Positions 28,539-41,191 of a stretch of DNA of 64,000 bases are shown here, piece after piece; within the stretch, counting starts at the first letter, position 1, and each line of letters opens with the position of its first letter. The position numbers and the translations under genes were made by a program. The notes below the pieces were generated by a model, which searched no databases, was not told the DNA's origin, and saw nothing but the letters and a program-made list of their open reading frames with translations. Location: the NCBI GenBank assembly GCA_964276515.1, contig OZ193910.1:3658001-3722000 (forward strand), read 5' to 3'. The stretch is from Gordius albopunctatus (taxonomy: Eukaryota).

Positions 28539-28998
28539 CAGAGACCAGATTTTCCCGGCCTGGCCCGGCCCACTGCCCGAACCTGCCAGCCCGGTCCACG
28601 GGCCGAGCCGGCAACTGTCTTAAATTTTAACTTTCGGGCGGACCCGGGCGGGCACTATAACAAGATTCGGGCAATTCGGGCTCAATTTTGTTTTTAAAAT
28701 AATGTAGTATTATATTGTTTTTGTGTATATTTTGCCACTTTTTAAATTGATTTTATAATGTTTGTTAATCCAGTTCTCATTTAAAAAAAATCAAAAATTA
28801 AGAAAATATTTTTAAAAAATATAACGATATTAGTGCTAAAAATTTTAAAACACACCATTTCGGGCCGGCCAGTTCGGGCAGCTGGGATAATTCGGGCATT
28901 GCCGGGCGGAAACATAGAAGGGTTCGGGCAGGAAGATTAATTATATAATCGGGTCAGGCCGGGTTCGGACAGAAAAATTCTAAAAAATCTGACCTCTG
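28539..28998. mobile_element. hAT-like MITE family B with CCCG/CGGG subterminal repeats
   Basis: TIR CAGAGACCAGATTTT / AAAATCTGACCTCTG. Near-TSD ATTTTGAT/ATTTGATT. Multiple CGGGC motifs. Confidence 0.75.
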
Positions 28999-29179
28999 AT
29001 TTGATTGTCAATTTTTTTAGATAGATATTTTTTTTAGCCTATAATTTTCAAAAATAATCTTCTATTTTTATCAATCTATTTCGAAGGGCCTTTAGCAAAA
29101 TTTTAAATACGTAAGATAATCATTATACTTCATAAAATAATTTTATTTTATTAATTAATATATACCAACATAGGTAAAG

Positions 29180-29285
29180 CCAAATCAGCAATTAGGTGCA
29201 AAATGATAATTTTTTTAAATTTCAGCCATAATTTTAATAAATTTCAACAAATTTTTGGATTTAAGGGGGGGGGGCTACGCCCATG
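29180..29285. mobile_element. hAT-type MITE family A, partial
   Basis: Family internal sequence and right TIR GGCTACGCCCATG. Confidence 0.7.
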
Positions 29286-30759
29286 TCAATTATAAAAGAA
29301 TGCTATTGTAACTTTTCAATTCATAGCAATTCCAAAGTGTGTAAAGGAGGAATAGTAAAAAGGAATATTTTTAAGTAAAAACCTTATACCCTTGGATCGT
29401 CCCATTACTTATAATAATACAATACAATCCCTGGCAAATATTAAAATTAAAGTATTCACCTCGCTGAAAAAAAGTTTACATTAATGAAAGTATTCTTAAA
29501 CTTATTTTGTTTGATCATTAACAAATCCGTTAAAATTACAATTTTGAGAGTGCATCAAATGTTTGCCCTTTATCAGCTGCCATTTTCTTCAACACCACGA
29601 GAGGGTTTTAATATGTTTAATATAAGAGTTTCTAAAACCAAACTTTTACAAAACTTAGCTCCCAAAAGCCCAAAGAAAGTTCATATGGATGATTTTTGCA
29701 TATTTCTAGAGATTTTGCTGGAAATGTATATGTGGTATTTATCACACAAACAAACTTGCTTAATAGTAAGTTGTCTGGTCTGAATAGAAAATTTCTTCAC
29801 CAATGTTCTAAAAGTACAAAATATCCGGAAAAATCAACCCTCGGTAGAGCCTAAACTTTAGACAGACTATCTTTTTCTTTTATAAAATATTAAATTAACC
29901 GAATTCGTCTACATTCCTTAAACCAACCTTTCTAACTTATCAGGATCCGAAAACATTATATACCATACTTTCAAAACATTCTTCAACCCCCCAAAATCTT
30001 TTATGAATTATAAAATAAAAAAATAATAATAAAGTGTTTTTCTCTTTTTAATATAAGTTTACCTAACATAAGCTAAAATCAAAATCTAAAGGATTTGTCT
30101 GTCTATAAAACACATTAATTATTCATGTAATTGATTGAATAACTAATCGGTTTAGATTCCTTATTAATTAATATAGTTCGATGAATATTGTCATTTTCAC
30201 ATTAATACTTAATAATTGTAGGCCTAAATTTTCTTTATGACGGATGAGTTTTCAATTGAATCCAGAATAAAATAAATATAAATTTGTGAAGAAATGAATA
30301 ATTATTTTAATCGAATATTATATATATTTGGAGTTTTAAATATTGAACTTAAGCAAATTAATCTTTTTTAAAAGAGGATTTAAATAAAGTCAACTGGATA
30401 TTAATTTTTTTCTTTGCTTAAATTGCAAATCGTATATATAAATAGATTCATAGTAGGTGTTACAACTTTACAAATCAGATAAGTAATTTCAAAAAGTTTT
30501 TGGAACTGTTAAAAGTATATTTTATAAAGCTAAATTTCTAGCTTTAAATGGTTAACTAATAAATTGTAAGGATTGAAAATGGATTTTTTATTTCAAACTT
30601 ATCCTAGTTGTAAATTAGGAGTATAATAACAATCTAATGCATATTATATCTAGATGGTGAAATACAATTCCCGAAAATATATCTATGAAGAATATTAATT
30701 ATGACGATAAAAATCTTCTTAAATTTTTCAAAAGTTTAGTTTTTAATATTTGAAAAATT

Positions 30760-30893
30760 GGGTGGGGCTCGGGTTCGGGTCGGGCCAAAAATAAAAAAGT
30801 CTTTCGGGTTTGAGCCGGCTCGGGCAAAAAAAAATTGAGAAGTCGGGCTCGAGCCGGGATCGAACCGAAGAAATTTAATTTTGCAGGGCTCTA
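30760..30893. mobile_element. One end of a hAT-like element (CGGG repeats, terminal TGCAGGGCTCTA)
   Basis: A cluster of TCGGG/CCGG motifs ends in TGCAGGGCTCTA. The other end was not found. Confidence 0.45.
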
Positions 30894-31547
30894 GATTTAT
30901 ATTAGAAATTCAGTGATATGAAAGCGGTTTAACATAAAACTTTAATAACAACAATATGTGAGAATGAACTAAGTACATTTTAATAGAGTTTTATGAACTC
31001 ATGAGACCATTTTTAGGCTATGTGATTTTATGTATTTAGTTAAAAAGCTGGACTTTACGGAAATGTAAATCATTGATATCTAGAAATCAAGCATATAATC
31101 TAAATAAAAAACTATAAGTAGCACAAATCAATTTTAAAATTATTCAGCTTCTATCGTTCCTCGCTATTTTCTTCTAATATAACTTAAAATTCCAAAAAAT
31201 AGAACGAGCTTATTTACAAATGTTTTAATGGCTATGAAAATTATAAGTTGTATATTTTTTATAAATCAACAATTGGATAATATACGATCAATTATAGTTT
31301 CCACAAATTAATTAATTGAATATAGAAATTTTTTTATCGATAAAAGTTTATTTCCAAATAATTATGTATGTTATATGCTAAATTGAAGCTATTTAAAGAG
31401 GAAGAAGTAGGACTAGTTTGGTTTAGACAAGTGCTATTAAATATAAAACTCGCATTTCTTTTAAATTGGCGTTGTGGGTTACAAATTAATAGGAGAAAAT
31501 CGGAATTTATTTTAATTTCTTTTTATAAAAAGTTAAAAAATTTTTAA

Positions 31548-32299
31548 AGTGGGCACTATTATCAGTATAATAGTATAGTATAAATGTTTATGCTATACAT
31601 ATACAGGGTTGGGCCTAAAATTTTGCTTATAAAGACTTATATTTCGCACTCAATAATAGCTTTAAAAGTCTTCGCCAAATTTAGAAACTGTATACTTTTG
31701 CATCACATAAGCAAAACTAACATTATCGTTCAAATGACGATTTTTTATAAATTTTCAAAAAATTCAATCCCAAATTCTCATTTTATATTTGTGGGTCATT
31801 TAGTTTTAAATCCAAATTAATAAATTATAAAAAAAATTACTATTGTAATGCTGAAATTCATTAAAATTTAAATTTTGTCATTAAGATTTTTTAAGAAATC
31901 ACGGTTACTAATAATTATAAATTAAAAACAAACAAAACAATTTTCAATTTATTTTAATGTAAAAAATAGAAATAAATTGTATGTCATGTTATAAATTTGC
32001 CTTTTGAAAAAATTGTCAAATAGCTTGAGTGCTGGATATTAAAATCCACTTTTTGCATAAATTTCAATTACCAAACTTGACTGCATTGTAATTAACTTGT
32101 CACGAATTATAACAAATCCCCTCTTATTAACTGTCCTTTATTTATGTGGATAAATGTCCGATAGCTATTTATTTTTTAATTTAAACTACTATAAAAATAT
32201 AAAAATTTTTCCCATTTAAATTATATTTATGAAAATATTTTTTTATCCAAACATATTTAAAACATAAAAATTTTAAGGTGAAAACCTGGTGTCCCCACT
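31548..32299. mobile_element. Non-autonomous TIR element with TTAA flanks (Kolobok-like)
   Basis: TTAA|AGTGGGCAC ... GTCCCCACT|TTAA (8/9 TIR match). AT-rich interior. Confidence 0.5.
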
Positions 32300-32423
32300 T
32301 TAAGATAGCCTTAGCTGCTTTCGCAAAATTGATAAAAACCATTATTCAATTGTGAATAATTGCGTTAACCAACTACAGGAAAAATAAAATTATTACTTTG
32401 TTGACTTTCAGAAAAAGACTAAT

Positions 32424-32591
32424 CATGGGCTAGCCAGCATTGGAATTAGAGGGGGGGGCAATAATTATTTAGGGAGTAGGAAAATGATCATTTTTTTTAA
32501 TTTTAGCCATAATTTTGATAAATTTTAACAAATTTTTGGATTTAGAGGGGGGGCAGCCGCCCCTCCCTGCCCCTCCTTGGCTACGCCCGTG
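32424..32591. mobile_element. hAT-type MITE family A
   Basis: Perfect 8-bp TSD AGACTAAT (32416-32423 and 32592-32599). Confidence 0.9.
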
Positions 32592-33372
32592 AGACTAATA
32601 ATAATAAAAGTAACAAAAATTAATCAAACTTACGGCATTAATTGTGTTTTGGAATGAGAAATATCAACAGAACGATAGTTTAAAAGTTGATGACTGCCAA
32701 GCCTAAGCGTCGAAGTAAACTCAACTTGGGAGGCAAAGTTATTTGTAACATTACACAGCTAAACACTAAAGACTCATGATGACAAAGTCTCGAATAAAAA
32801 AGAGTTTTTTTTTGTAAACACTAAATACAATTTGCTAACGGGCTTTAAGGTTACTAGGGGGGGGGGTTAGGGAAGACAGGAAGGAAATGAAATACTATAG
32901 TAATAAATATCTTTACACAAAAAAGTTAAATATGTAAAAGGGTTTTCCTTCGAACCCAAATTCTCTAAAAGTAGTCACCGTGATAAGCCTAAGTGGCAAA
33001 TAACTTTGAAACATCTCGTTATTTTCGAATATTTACGCATACAAAGTGTTAATTCGTAACACTAACTTATTAACTTTTACCTCTTGCTTATTGCATTTTT
33101 TAGGTCTTTAAAAAAATTTTTACCGCCCACAAATTCAGTGTTAAAAAGTATTACAAATGACACTAATTCCCCTATATTTAAAGTAAACGAGTGAGCAAAA
33201 ATGAGGCCTAAGGGTATTGTTTATTCCTTTATCCCATATGGTTTTTTGGCCCTACTAAAATACTACGTGTCAAAAATAAGGAAATTTCATGTTTTGTAGC
33301 TTACTAAACTAACCTCCTTTTAACAAAGAAAAAAGATGAGTAGTGATCAGGAAGTTTTCCATATAATCTAGC

Positions 33373-33513
33373 CATGCTTGCAGCCAGCATTGCAATTAGA
33401 GTGGGGCAAAAATGAACATTTTTTGAAAATTTAGCCATAATTTTAATAAATTTCAACAAGTTTTTGAATTTGATGGGGGGGGGGGCAGCCGCCCCTCCTT
33501 GGCTACGCCTATA
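33373..33513. mobile_element. hAT-type MITE family A
   Basis: Perfect 8-bp TSD AATCTAGC (33365-33372 and 33514-33521). Confidence 0.88.
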
Positions 33514-34914
33514 AATCTAGCCCTTCCTCCTTCCGGGCGCCTCATGTATGACAAATATAGAAGCGCTTAAACATGCCGATTTACCTGGCCTCAGGTCATA
33601 GTGATGAAAATATTTGTTATATTAGAATGCTTTTGAATTGCAAAAAATCTCATTAATATGTCATGATTCTTGTCCGAAAGTTTATTTTTTCTGATAACTT
33701 CAAAAGCTAGGTACTACTTTAGTTAGATCTTGCCATCTTGATTAGTCTATCAAACAATTTCTAAGAAATGTAAGTCAGAATATGTTTAAAATATTAAATT
33801 TGTTTGATGAGTTAGGATAGGAGCAATAAAAATGGGAAAATTTGAGTTTACAACATATTAAAATGTATATTTTGTTTTATAAAAATCCTATATTTTAACA
33901 AAAATTATTATAAATGCCTTAGCTTACGGAACCAAAATGGTGTGTTTAGTCCGATATTTTAAGGAAGTAATTTTTGAAACTTTTAAAGGAGCACTTTGTA
34001 ATTTAAAAAACGAATAAACATGAAAGTGGTAGTAGCACAAAGTTTTACCACTTAAGCAACTTTTATTTAGTGCAAAGTCTAAATAGCTAGTTCGAGTCCT
34101 TATTAAACTCGCACCCAAGTGCTATTTCAAGTAAAAAGGTTTTTTTCCTAAAAAAAACTTTGGCCAAAGAATATAAAAAACGCAAGGGAAGTCACTGTGC
34201 GACTGCCACGCTTTTATTTAAAAATTAAATTTTGTAGAAAGGTAGATTGTAAATTTTCACCTACTCTTTAAAAAAAAGTAACAACCGAGACAAACAACAC
34301 TAATCTTTAGTTTATAAAGTCATAAACTTTATGAGTTCTCTTATTAAAATTATAGGCTGACCACTGAATGTATAAAAATTAGATGTAAGCAATTATAAAT
34401 TTTAAAATTTGTGGATGAAATAATACATACTTATCCCTTTCCTTTAACTTATTTACAATACTTAAAAATATCTTAGAACGTATTTTCATTCAAAAGTTTT
34501 ATATTTGTCGAAATTTTTTCAGCAATTTACATAATTTAATGACAAATCAAACTTCCATATAAAATGTAATAATTATTGTCAATTACTGTTGAACAGCTTA
34601 GGATCTTGCATTAAAAATATAATTATACCTCAAATAAAAATTAACTCATCCAAATCCAAAAAATATTAATTTTAGCTATATATATAAATTATACTTATTA
34701 TTTGCAGCTTACTACGATATAAAAGGCGAAAAAATAGATGAAAATCTGTAATGTGTCGTATTTAATTGTATTGTAAATTTTTTTAAACTAAAAACAAGCA
34801 AAAATTAATAATTATAATATTCTTTTTTTAGAAAAAAGATATATACTTTAAAAGTGCTGTTTTTTTATAGCTTCGGGCAACAATTTCGAGCAAATCTAAG
34901 CTTTATTTTTCAAT

Positions 34915-36661
34915 TTTAATTGCTATGCAATTTATGGGCTCGTTTTTGGTTGTCCGTCGTCCGTCCGTCGTCCACCAAGTTATTTACACCAGCTTCCCGA
35001 CCTGGAGGTTGCGGGTTCGAGACCCGGAGAGGACAAATTTTTTTTTATTTTTTTTTTAAATTAAATTAATATTTTGTTCTTGTTAATACCATTGATAATA
35101 TGACTTTTTGACCGTCCGCAGGCTACTGACCAATGGAAAAAATGACCACTGGCCAAATAAATCGAAATTTTTAATTTTTCGTTTTTGAATAGTTTAACAT
35201 TGATAATTACCCTATGCCCTCCCCTACAAGGGCCTATGCCTCTATTGATATGGTTCCCTGTTCCCCTTCAAAGGCTTATGCCTCTATTTAATGTGGGTTT
35301 GAATCCCGGCGAACGTTCTAAATTGATGGTTCGAGACCCGGAGAGGACAAAATTTTTATTTTTTTTTAAATTAAATTAATATATTGTTCTTGTTAATACC
35401 ATTGATAATATGGCTTTTTGACCGTGTTCTGGCTACTGACCATTGAAAAAAATGACCATTGGCCAAATTTTGTTCGAATTTTTTTTTCGTTTTTGAATTG
35501 GTATATTTATTAATTGCTATGCAATTTATGGGCTTGTTTTTGGTTGTCCGTCGTCCGTCCGTCGTCCATCCACCAAGTTATTGGCGCCAGCTTTTTTTAA
35601 ATTAAATTAATATATTGTTTTAACACCATTGATAATATGACTTTTTGACCGTCCGCAGGCTACTGACCATTGAAAAAAATTACCATTGGCCAAATAAATC
35701 GAAATTTTTTGTTCGTTTTTGAATAGGTTAACATTGATAATTACCCTATACTTTTTAATAATTGCTATGCAATTTATCTAGTTTTTGGGTTAGAATCCCG
35801 GAGTTTTTTTTGACTCTTATGATTGTTCTTGTTACTATCATTGATAATAAGACTTTTTGGCCGTCCGCTGGCTGCTGACCAATGAAAAAAATGACCATTG
35901 GCCAAAATGTGTATCCGAGTTTATTTTTTCGTTTTTTTTGACTATTATGATTGTTCCTGTTCCTACCATTGCTATTATGACTTTTTGGCCGTCCGCTGGC
36001 TCCTGACCGATGGAAAAAATGACCATTGGCCAAAATGTGAATCGAAAATATTTTTTTCCTTTTTTTTGACTATTATGATTGTTCCTGTTCCTACCATTGC
36101 TATTATGACTTTTTGGCCGTCCGCTGGCTGCTGACCAATGTAATAAAATGACCATTGGCCAAAATGTTATTCGAAAATTTTTTTTTCGTTTTTTTTGACT
36201 GTTATGAATTTATATCCACTTTTACCGTGTCCTGGCTGCTGACCAATGGAAAAAAATGACCATTGGCCAAAATGTGAATCGAAAATATTTTTTCCGTTTT
36301 TTTTGACTATTATGATTGTTCCTGTTCCTACCATTGCTATTATGATTTTTTGGCCGTCCGCTGGCTGCTGACCAATGGAATAAAATAACCATAAGGATGG
36401 CTCTACTAATGTGAGTTCGAATCCCGGAGAAGGCAATTTTTTTTAATTAAATCGAAAATTTGTATTAATAATTAACTAATTATTTTACATTTAATACCCC
36501 CCCCCCCCCCCCGCCTATAGGCATTCTCACCCCTTCCCACCTTTCTCACCCATAAATTGCATAGCAAATATGATACATTTATACGGAGTGTAGATGAGTT
36601 CCCCCTTCCCTCCCCTCCTCCCCTTCCCCCTTCCCACGAGGGCCGAAGGCCCGAGTTTTTT
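34915..36661 (+). mobile_element. DINE-1/HINE-like non-autonomous Helentron with central tandem repeats
   Basis: Perfect 19-bp inverted repeat TTGCTATGCAATTTATGGG (34920-34938) / CCCATAAATTGCATAGCAA (36549-36567). (GTCC/GTC)n microsatellite at 34952-34973. About 8 internal repeat cores, spaced 127-128 bp in the regular part. 3' hairpin GGGCC-GAA-GGCCC (36640-36652) followed by a T run. Confidence 0.7.
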
Positions 36662-39600
36662 AATTATTTTTGAAGTTATTGTTAACCAGATTTGAGGGCC
36701 TCATCATGTAACCTTTTTGCTTTATGCAACTAAGTATATTAATAGGCTAAATATAAGGCATGAATGAAATTGCTGCAAACCTGAAACAACTTTCCACGTT
36801 TTTAAATTGGATAACCTACAATAGCCCGAAAATTTTGCTTTGATACGCGGATAATTCGTATTTTTAAATTTATGCATTATTAAAATCCAAAAAAATGAAC
36901 CATAAAACCTTCTACGCTCAATAGTCGGGCAAATTAATGAACTATCAAATATTTCATATGAAAAATCAAAAAAAAATCATTTATTAAACCTTAAACAATG
37001 TTATTCGCCATTCCTGGCGATCAGGCACAAGAAAATATTATCCCTGTCGTCCCGATAACTCCGTAGGCAAAGGCTAAAAGTCTACCTACCCCATTTATAC
37101 TATAATATTTAACCTATGTTGCCTAGCGATTAGGACATAAGCAGGACCAGGAGTCACTTGTTTAAAACACAGATTGTTTTCCTAAAACTTTAAAAATATT
37201 TTGGTTACATTGAGCTATGCTTATTAAATCTCACTAAAGTCTCCTTTTTTAACTAGCCTTTTTAGGAATTTAAATCAGTACAGGGCTTTAACCTAATGTT
37301 ATACTCTTTTCGAAATTGCCGATCAACGCTTCACAAATTTTGAGAGGTGTGAGTTAGTTATAAATTATTGAGTAAGTTAAAGTGGGAATAACGTTGTTGC
37401 CTAAATTAGCATAACTTTATTATGGTAATTCTTAAGTCGTCAAGACGTATACTCTTTAAAAACTATAGGTTGGCATGTACAGTTTTGGCGCATAGACTTG
37501 TATGAAAGGTGTTTAATTATTAATTACCATAAGAACTAGAGACTCGCATCACCTTCAGCCTTTCCTTAAATTTCGGATCAAATCAATCAAATTAGAGCTG
37601 ACCTGTTCTAGGAACTTAGCACATTTTTTTGCCGAAACGACCAATTAGGTTTATTCAGGAAAACAACATTAAAATTGCACAAAATAGCGTGACTACAATG
37701 CTACTAATCTCTGATCATTCGATTTTCTACGCATATGCAAGTCGATGTTAAAATTCGCTCTTAATGTATGTTGTGAACGAGTGTAAAGGATAAATATTTA
37801 ATGAACCACCCACTGTACATACGCATAAGCGTTCACAGGTTTGCATGTGCTTTCTGCTTGTATGTTGATTCGATGTTCACAACGCAATCAAGTTCTTAAA
37901 TGGTTAATTACTGTTGTTAGATCTTTGAAACAGGAATGATTTATATGTTTAGCATTTTAATATAAATTGGTAGTAAGTAGTTTATAGGCGGATTTTTAAT
38001 TATTTGGTCATTAATTACCTTTAAAAATCGTTTGGTATTTTTTGGATTGTTGGTCACATTTAATTAATCGTGGAAGGAGCTTCCGCAATAATCTATTGGA
38101 CACATAAGCGTTTTTTAACTTCTCTACAAAGAAATTAATAAACATAATGCTTACGTTTACCTTTAAAATCTATCATTACTGTATAGGGCTGAATTTGGTT
38201 AATGACTTCAATAATAGCAGTTGTATATTAACACTAAAACAACCTACGAATTGTTTTAAGTAAAAAGATAATAGGAAAAAATCTTCGTTTAAACCGACAT
38301 TAAGCATATAATTAAGTCACGTAAGTTAGCAAGTTACAAAGAAAATAGTTTACTATTTCTTTCAAAATTAATTTATGTTTGGCATAGTTGTTTATTTTAT
38401 AAATTTACACATACATAACATATATGATAATTTAATTTACCAACCACCTCCATTGGTCAAGGCAAGGATTGCACATAATATAAAGTTTCAATATATATAA
38501 ATATACTTATGCGGCGTAAAAAGCTTCAGCAAATTTTAAAACATTATATTATATCTTCATCAAGTTAATATTTAACATAATTTGTAATATACTCGATTAA
38601 ATTATATAAACTGCATCAAACGCAAGCATATACTAACGATATATTCTAAATAATATCCGATAACGCATTTTAATATACAACAACAAGCAGAATTATAGTT
38701 TCTTTGTAGTATTTTAAAACAATAACATGTTATCCTTAATGATTGTTAAAACGAAGTATTGACTAGCCTTGATCAAATTTTTGCTTGTTTGATTTTTTCA
38801 AACTACTTATGAATTCATGATAGCAAATTAGAGAAAATGGCATTTTATTTGGCAAAGTAATATAACGCGTGAAACAAAAGCTGGTTACAAATGATTCAAC
38901 TTGCTTTGATTTTAAAATTATTCGTTGAAAAAAGCAAAACATTAAAGTCAAATTTTTGTTAAAATTTGGAAAAGAAAGTTAGACAAAGAGAGCCGCACCA
39001 CCGATTAAATGTTGCTTAAAGAGAAATTTAAAAAAGGTATAATTTGTAACATCGATTTCTACATGTGTTTACTAATTATTATAGCTCTGAGTTCAAAGTT
39101 TAGAAATAAATTTGGATAAACTAATATGGATACGTTGAAATATAAATTAATTTGTTTCCTAATATACAGGTACATTAATTGATCAAAGGGCTAGCTACTT
39201 ATCGCAAATTAAGCAACTTACATTTCATTGATGTGTATTGTTATTTACGACAATTTAATAAAAATATAAACAAATCTCCAAACAATCAAAAACTTAGAGG
39301 AATCTTTGGCATTAAACTTTTTTACGTAATTAATGAAAATGCTTTTAGTTTCTAATAAAAAATTTATACCACTATAAGAATTTTACTTTGTCATATATAA
39401 TATTATGTTTTTGATTTTTTCCATTTTCAAATATGTTGCAAATTTTTCTTCATTTAATTACATCATTAAAGCTTCAAAAAAAGTACCAGGTTTTAAATTG
39501 TTTAATTACACTTTAAAAATGTGGATGACAGTTTTTCGAAATCTTTACAATTTTCTATATCCTATAAGGTTTAAGATATATTAGGCCCATAACTTATTAC

Positions 39601-39779
39601 GTATCGGTCTAAATATGAAAGTTTATAATCGCAAGAAAAATATGTAAAAAGGTGATATTTTATAAAATGCGATGTTTAAAAATGATGTGTTAAAAAACTC
39701 ATTTTAAAATAATTCAAAGCGACAAAGACTAAATTTTACATGTGTCAAGTTGTTAAGGCCACTCTTACAAAATTTTTAT

Positions 39780-40462
39780 TTTCGGACGGGCGGCACGAAG
39801 ATAGGATTCGGGCAATTCGGACTTAATAAGATTTTTTAAATAGTGTATTATTTTGTTACTTTTTATTTTATTGCATATAAAAATGCTAAAAAAGTTAAGA
39901 AACTTGATTTCGGCATCACAAAGTTTCTCCAATTAACCTTTATTATTCCCTTATCATTCGTCACTTTCGCTAAGTTACTAATTATTTTCATGATAAAAAA
40001 TTTCTATACCTTTTTTTAAGTTAAAAGAATTATCCATAAATTGCATTTAAATTCTATTGATAAATTAATTGTCTTTTTATCAAAAAAGTAAGTTTTCACA
40101 GAACACAGATTGACTAATTTTATTCATTAAGAAGTTTATTTATGGGCAGGGCAAACGGGTTAACTCAAAAGGGGAGTATAATTTTGTTTATTGTAATATT
40201 ATTTTTTAAATATGTAAACTTTAAACTTAATTAAAAATTGCTACATAAATATTTTCATGGGCTTGTTTTATTAAATATGCAATATATTTAATGCTTATTT
40301 TTTAATTGTGGTTGAAAGAATTTGAGATCGCAAAATTTCGGGCCTAACAGGCAAATTTAATATTTCGGGCCGGGGAGCTTTAATGTTTCGGGCGGGCAAT
40401 GAGGTTAAAAAATTGAACCGGCCCGGGTTCGGGCATAAAATTCCTAACAAATCTGACCTCTG
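39780..40462. mobile_element. hAT-like MITE family B relative, one end missing
   Basis: GATTCGGGCAATTCGG and right TIR AAATCTGACCTCTG are shared with 28539-28998. Confidence 0.6.
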
Positions 40463-40904
40463 GACTGGGGAGCTATCGTTAGTTATCAAGCGTTATATTT
40501 TTTTTTAAGATTGAAAAAGGAAAAATTAACTGATAACAAATAGCCTTCCATTTCATAGCACTAATTTGAATTTCCTTCACAAAAAAATTTTACAAGGAGT
40601 GATTTGGTCTAAATTAAATTAAAAAACTAACAACAGATTTCTATGCAACACCCAATAACGCTGAATTTTTCAACAAGACTAATGGTGTTACATGAAAGTT
40701 TATCCACTTTTTAAACTTTAAGTATATGGTATTTAACAAATTTCTTATGAGCATAGAACATTAAAGTGTTTTCTATTATTATTATTAAATTAAGATGACA
40801 TATTAAGGGCTTAATCTTGTTTATTAATTATAAATTACACTCAAGCGTTTTATAATTAGAAAAAACAGGAAATCAAGTGTTTTGTCTGAACATCTTGCTG
40901 TGAG

Positions 40905-41067
40905 GTACGGAGAAAGACAGGGAGGGGCTGTTGCCCCCCTTTTAAATCCAAGAATTTGTTGAAATTTATTAAATTATGGCTTAAATTTGGAAAAATAATC
41001 ATTTTGCCCCTCCCTAAAGCATTAATGCCACCCCCTCTAGTTCCACTGGGCACTGGCTAAGCCCACG
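40905..41067. mobile_element. hAT-type MITE family A, just downstream of CPSF3
   Basis: Family internal sequence. Right end TGGCTAAGCCCACG. Confidence 0.7.
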
Positions 41068-41191
41068 AATAGGCAAATTTTTTATTATTAACAAGGTATA
41101 TATATTCGTAAACAAAAATTACAATTAAGTTGTAAAGAATTATGTACAAAATAAATTTCGGTATGTAGCAATATTGAATGCGAAGGGTCAT

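Noticed and set aside
15632..34118. Short ORFs in the Myt1-CPSF3 interval
   Set aside because: They are low-complexity or MITE-derived with no domain motifs, except the hAT fragment at 27595-27894.
34990..35035. Intact tRNA gene
   Set aside because: Only a T-arm-like motif is present, with no convincing D-arm or acceptor stem.
35080..36400. CRISPR-like array or repeat-protein ORFs (35755-36436)
   Set aside because: The context is eukaryotic, whole units are repeated with no unique spacers and no cas genes are present. The ORFs are by-products of the tandem repeat.
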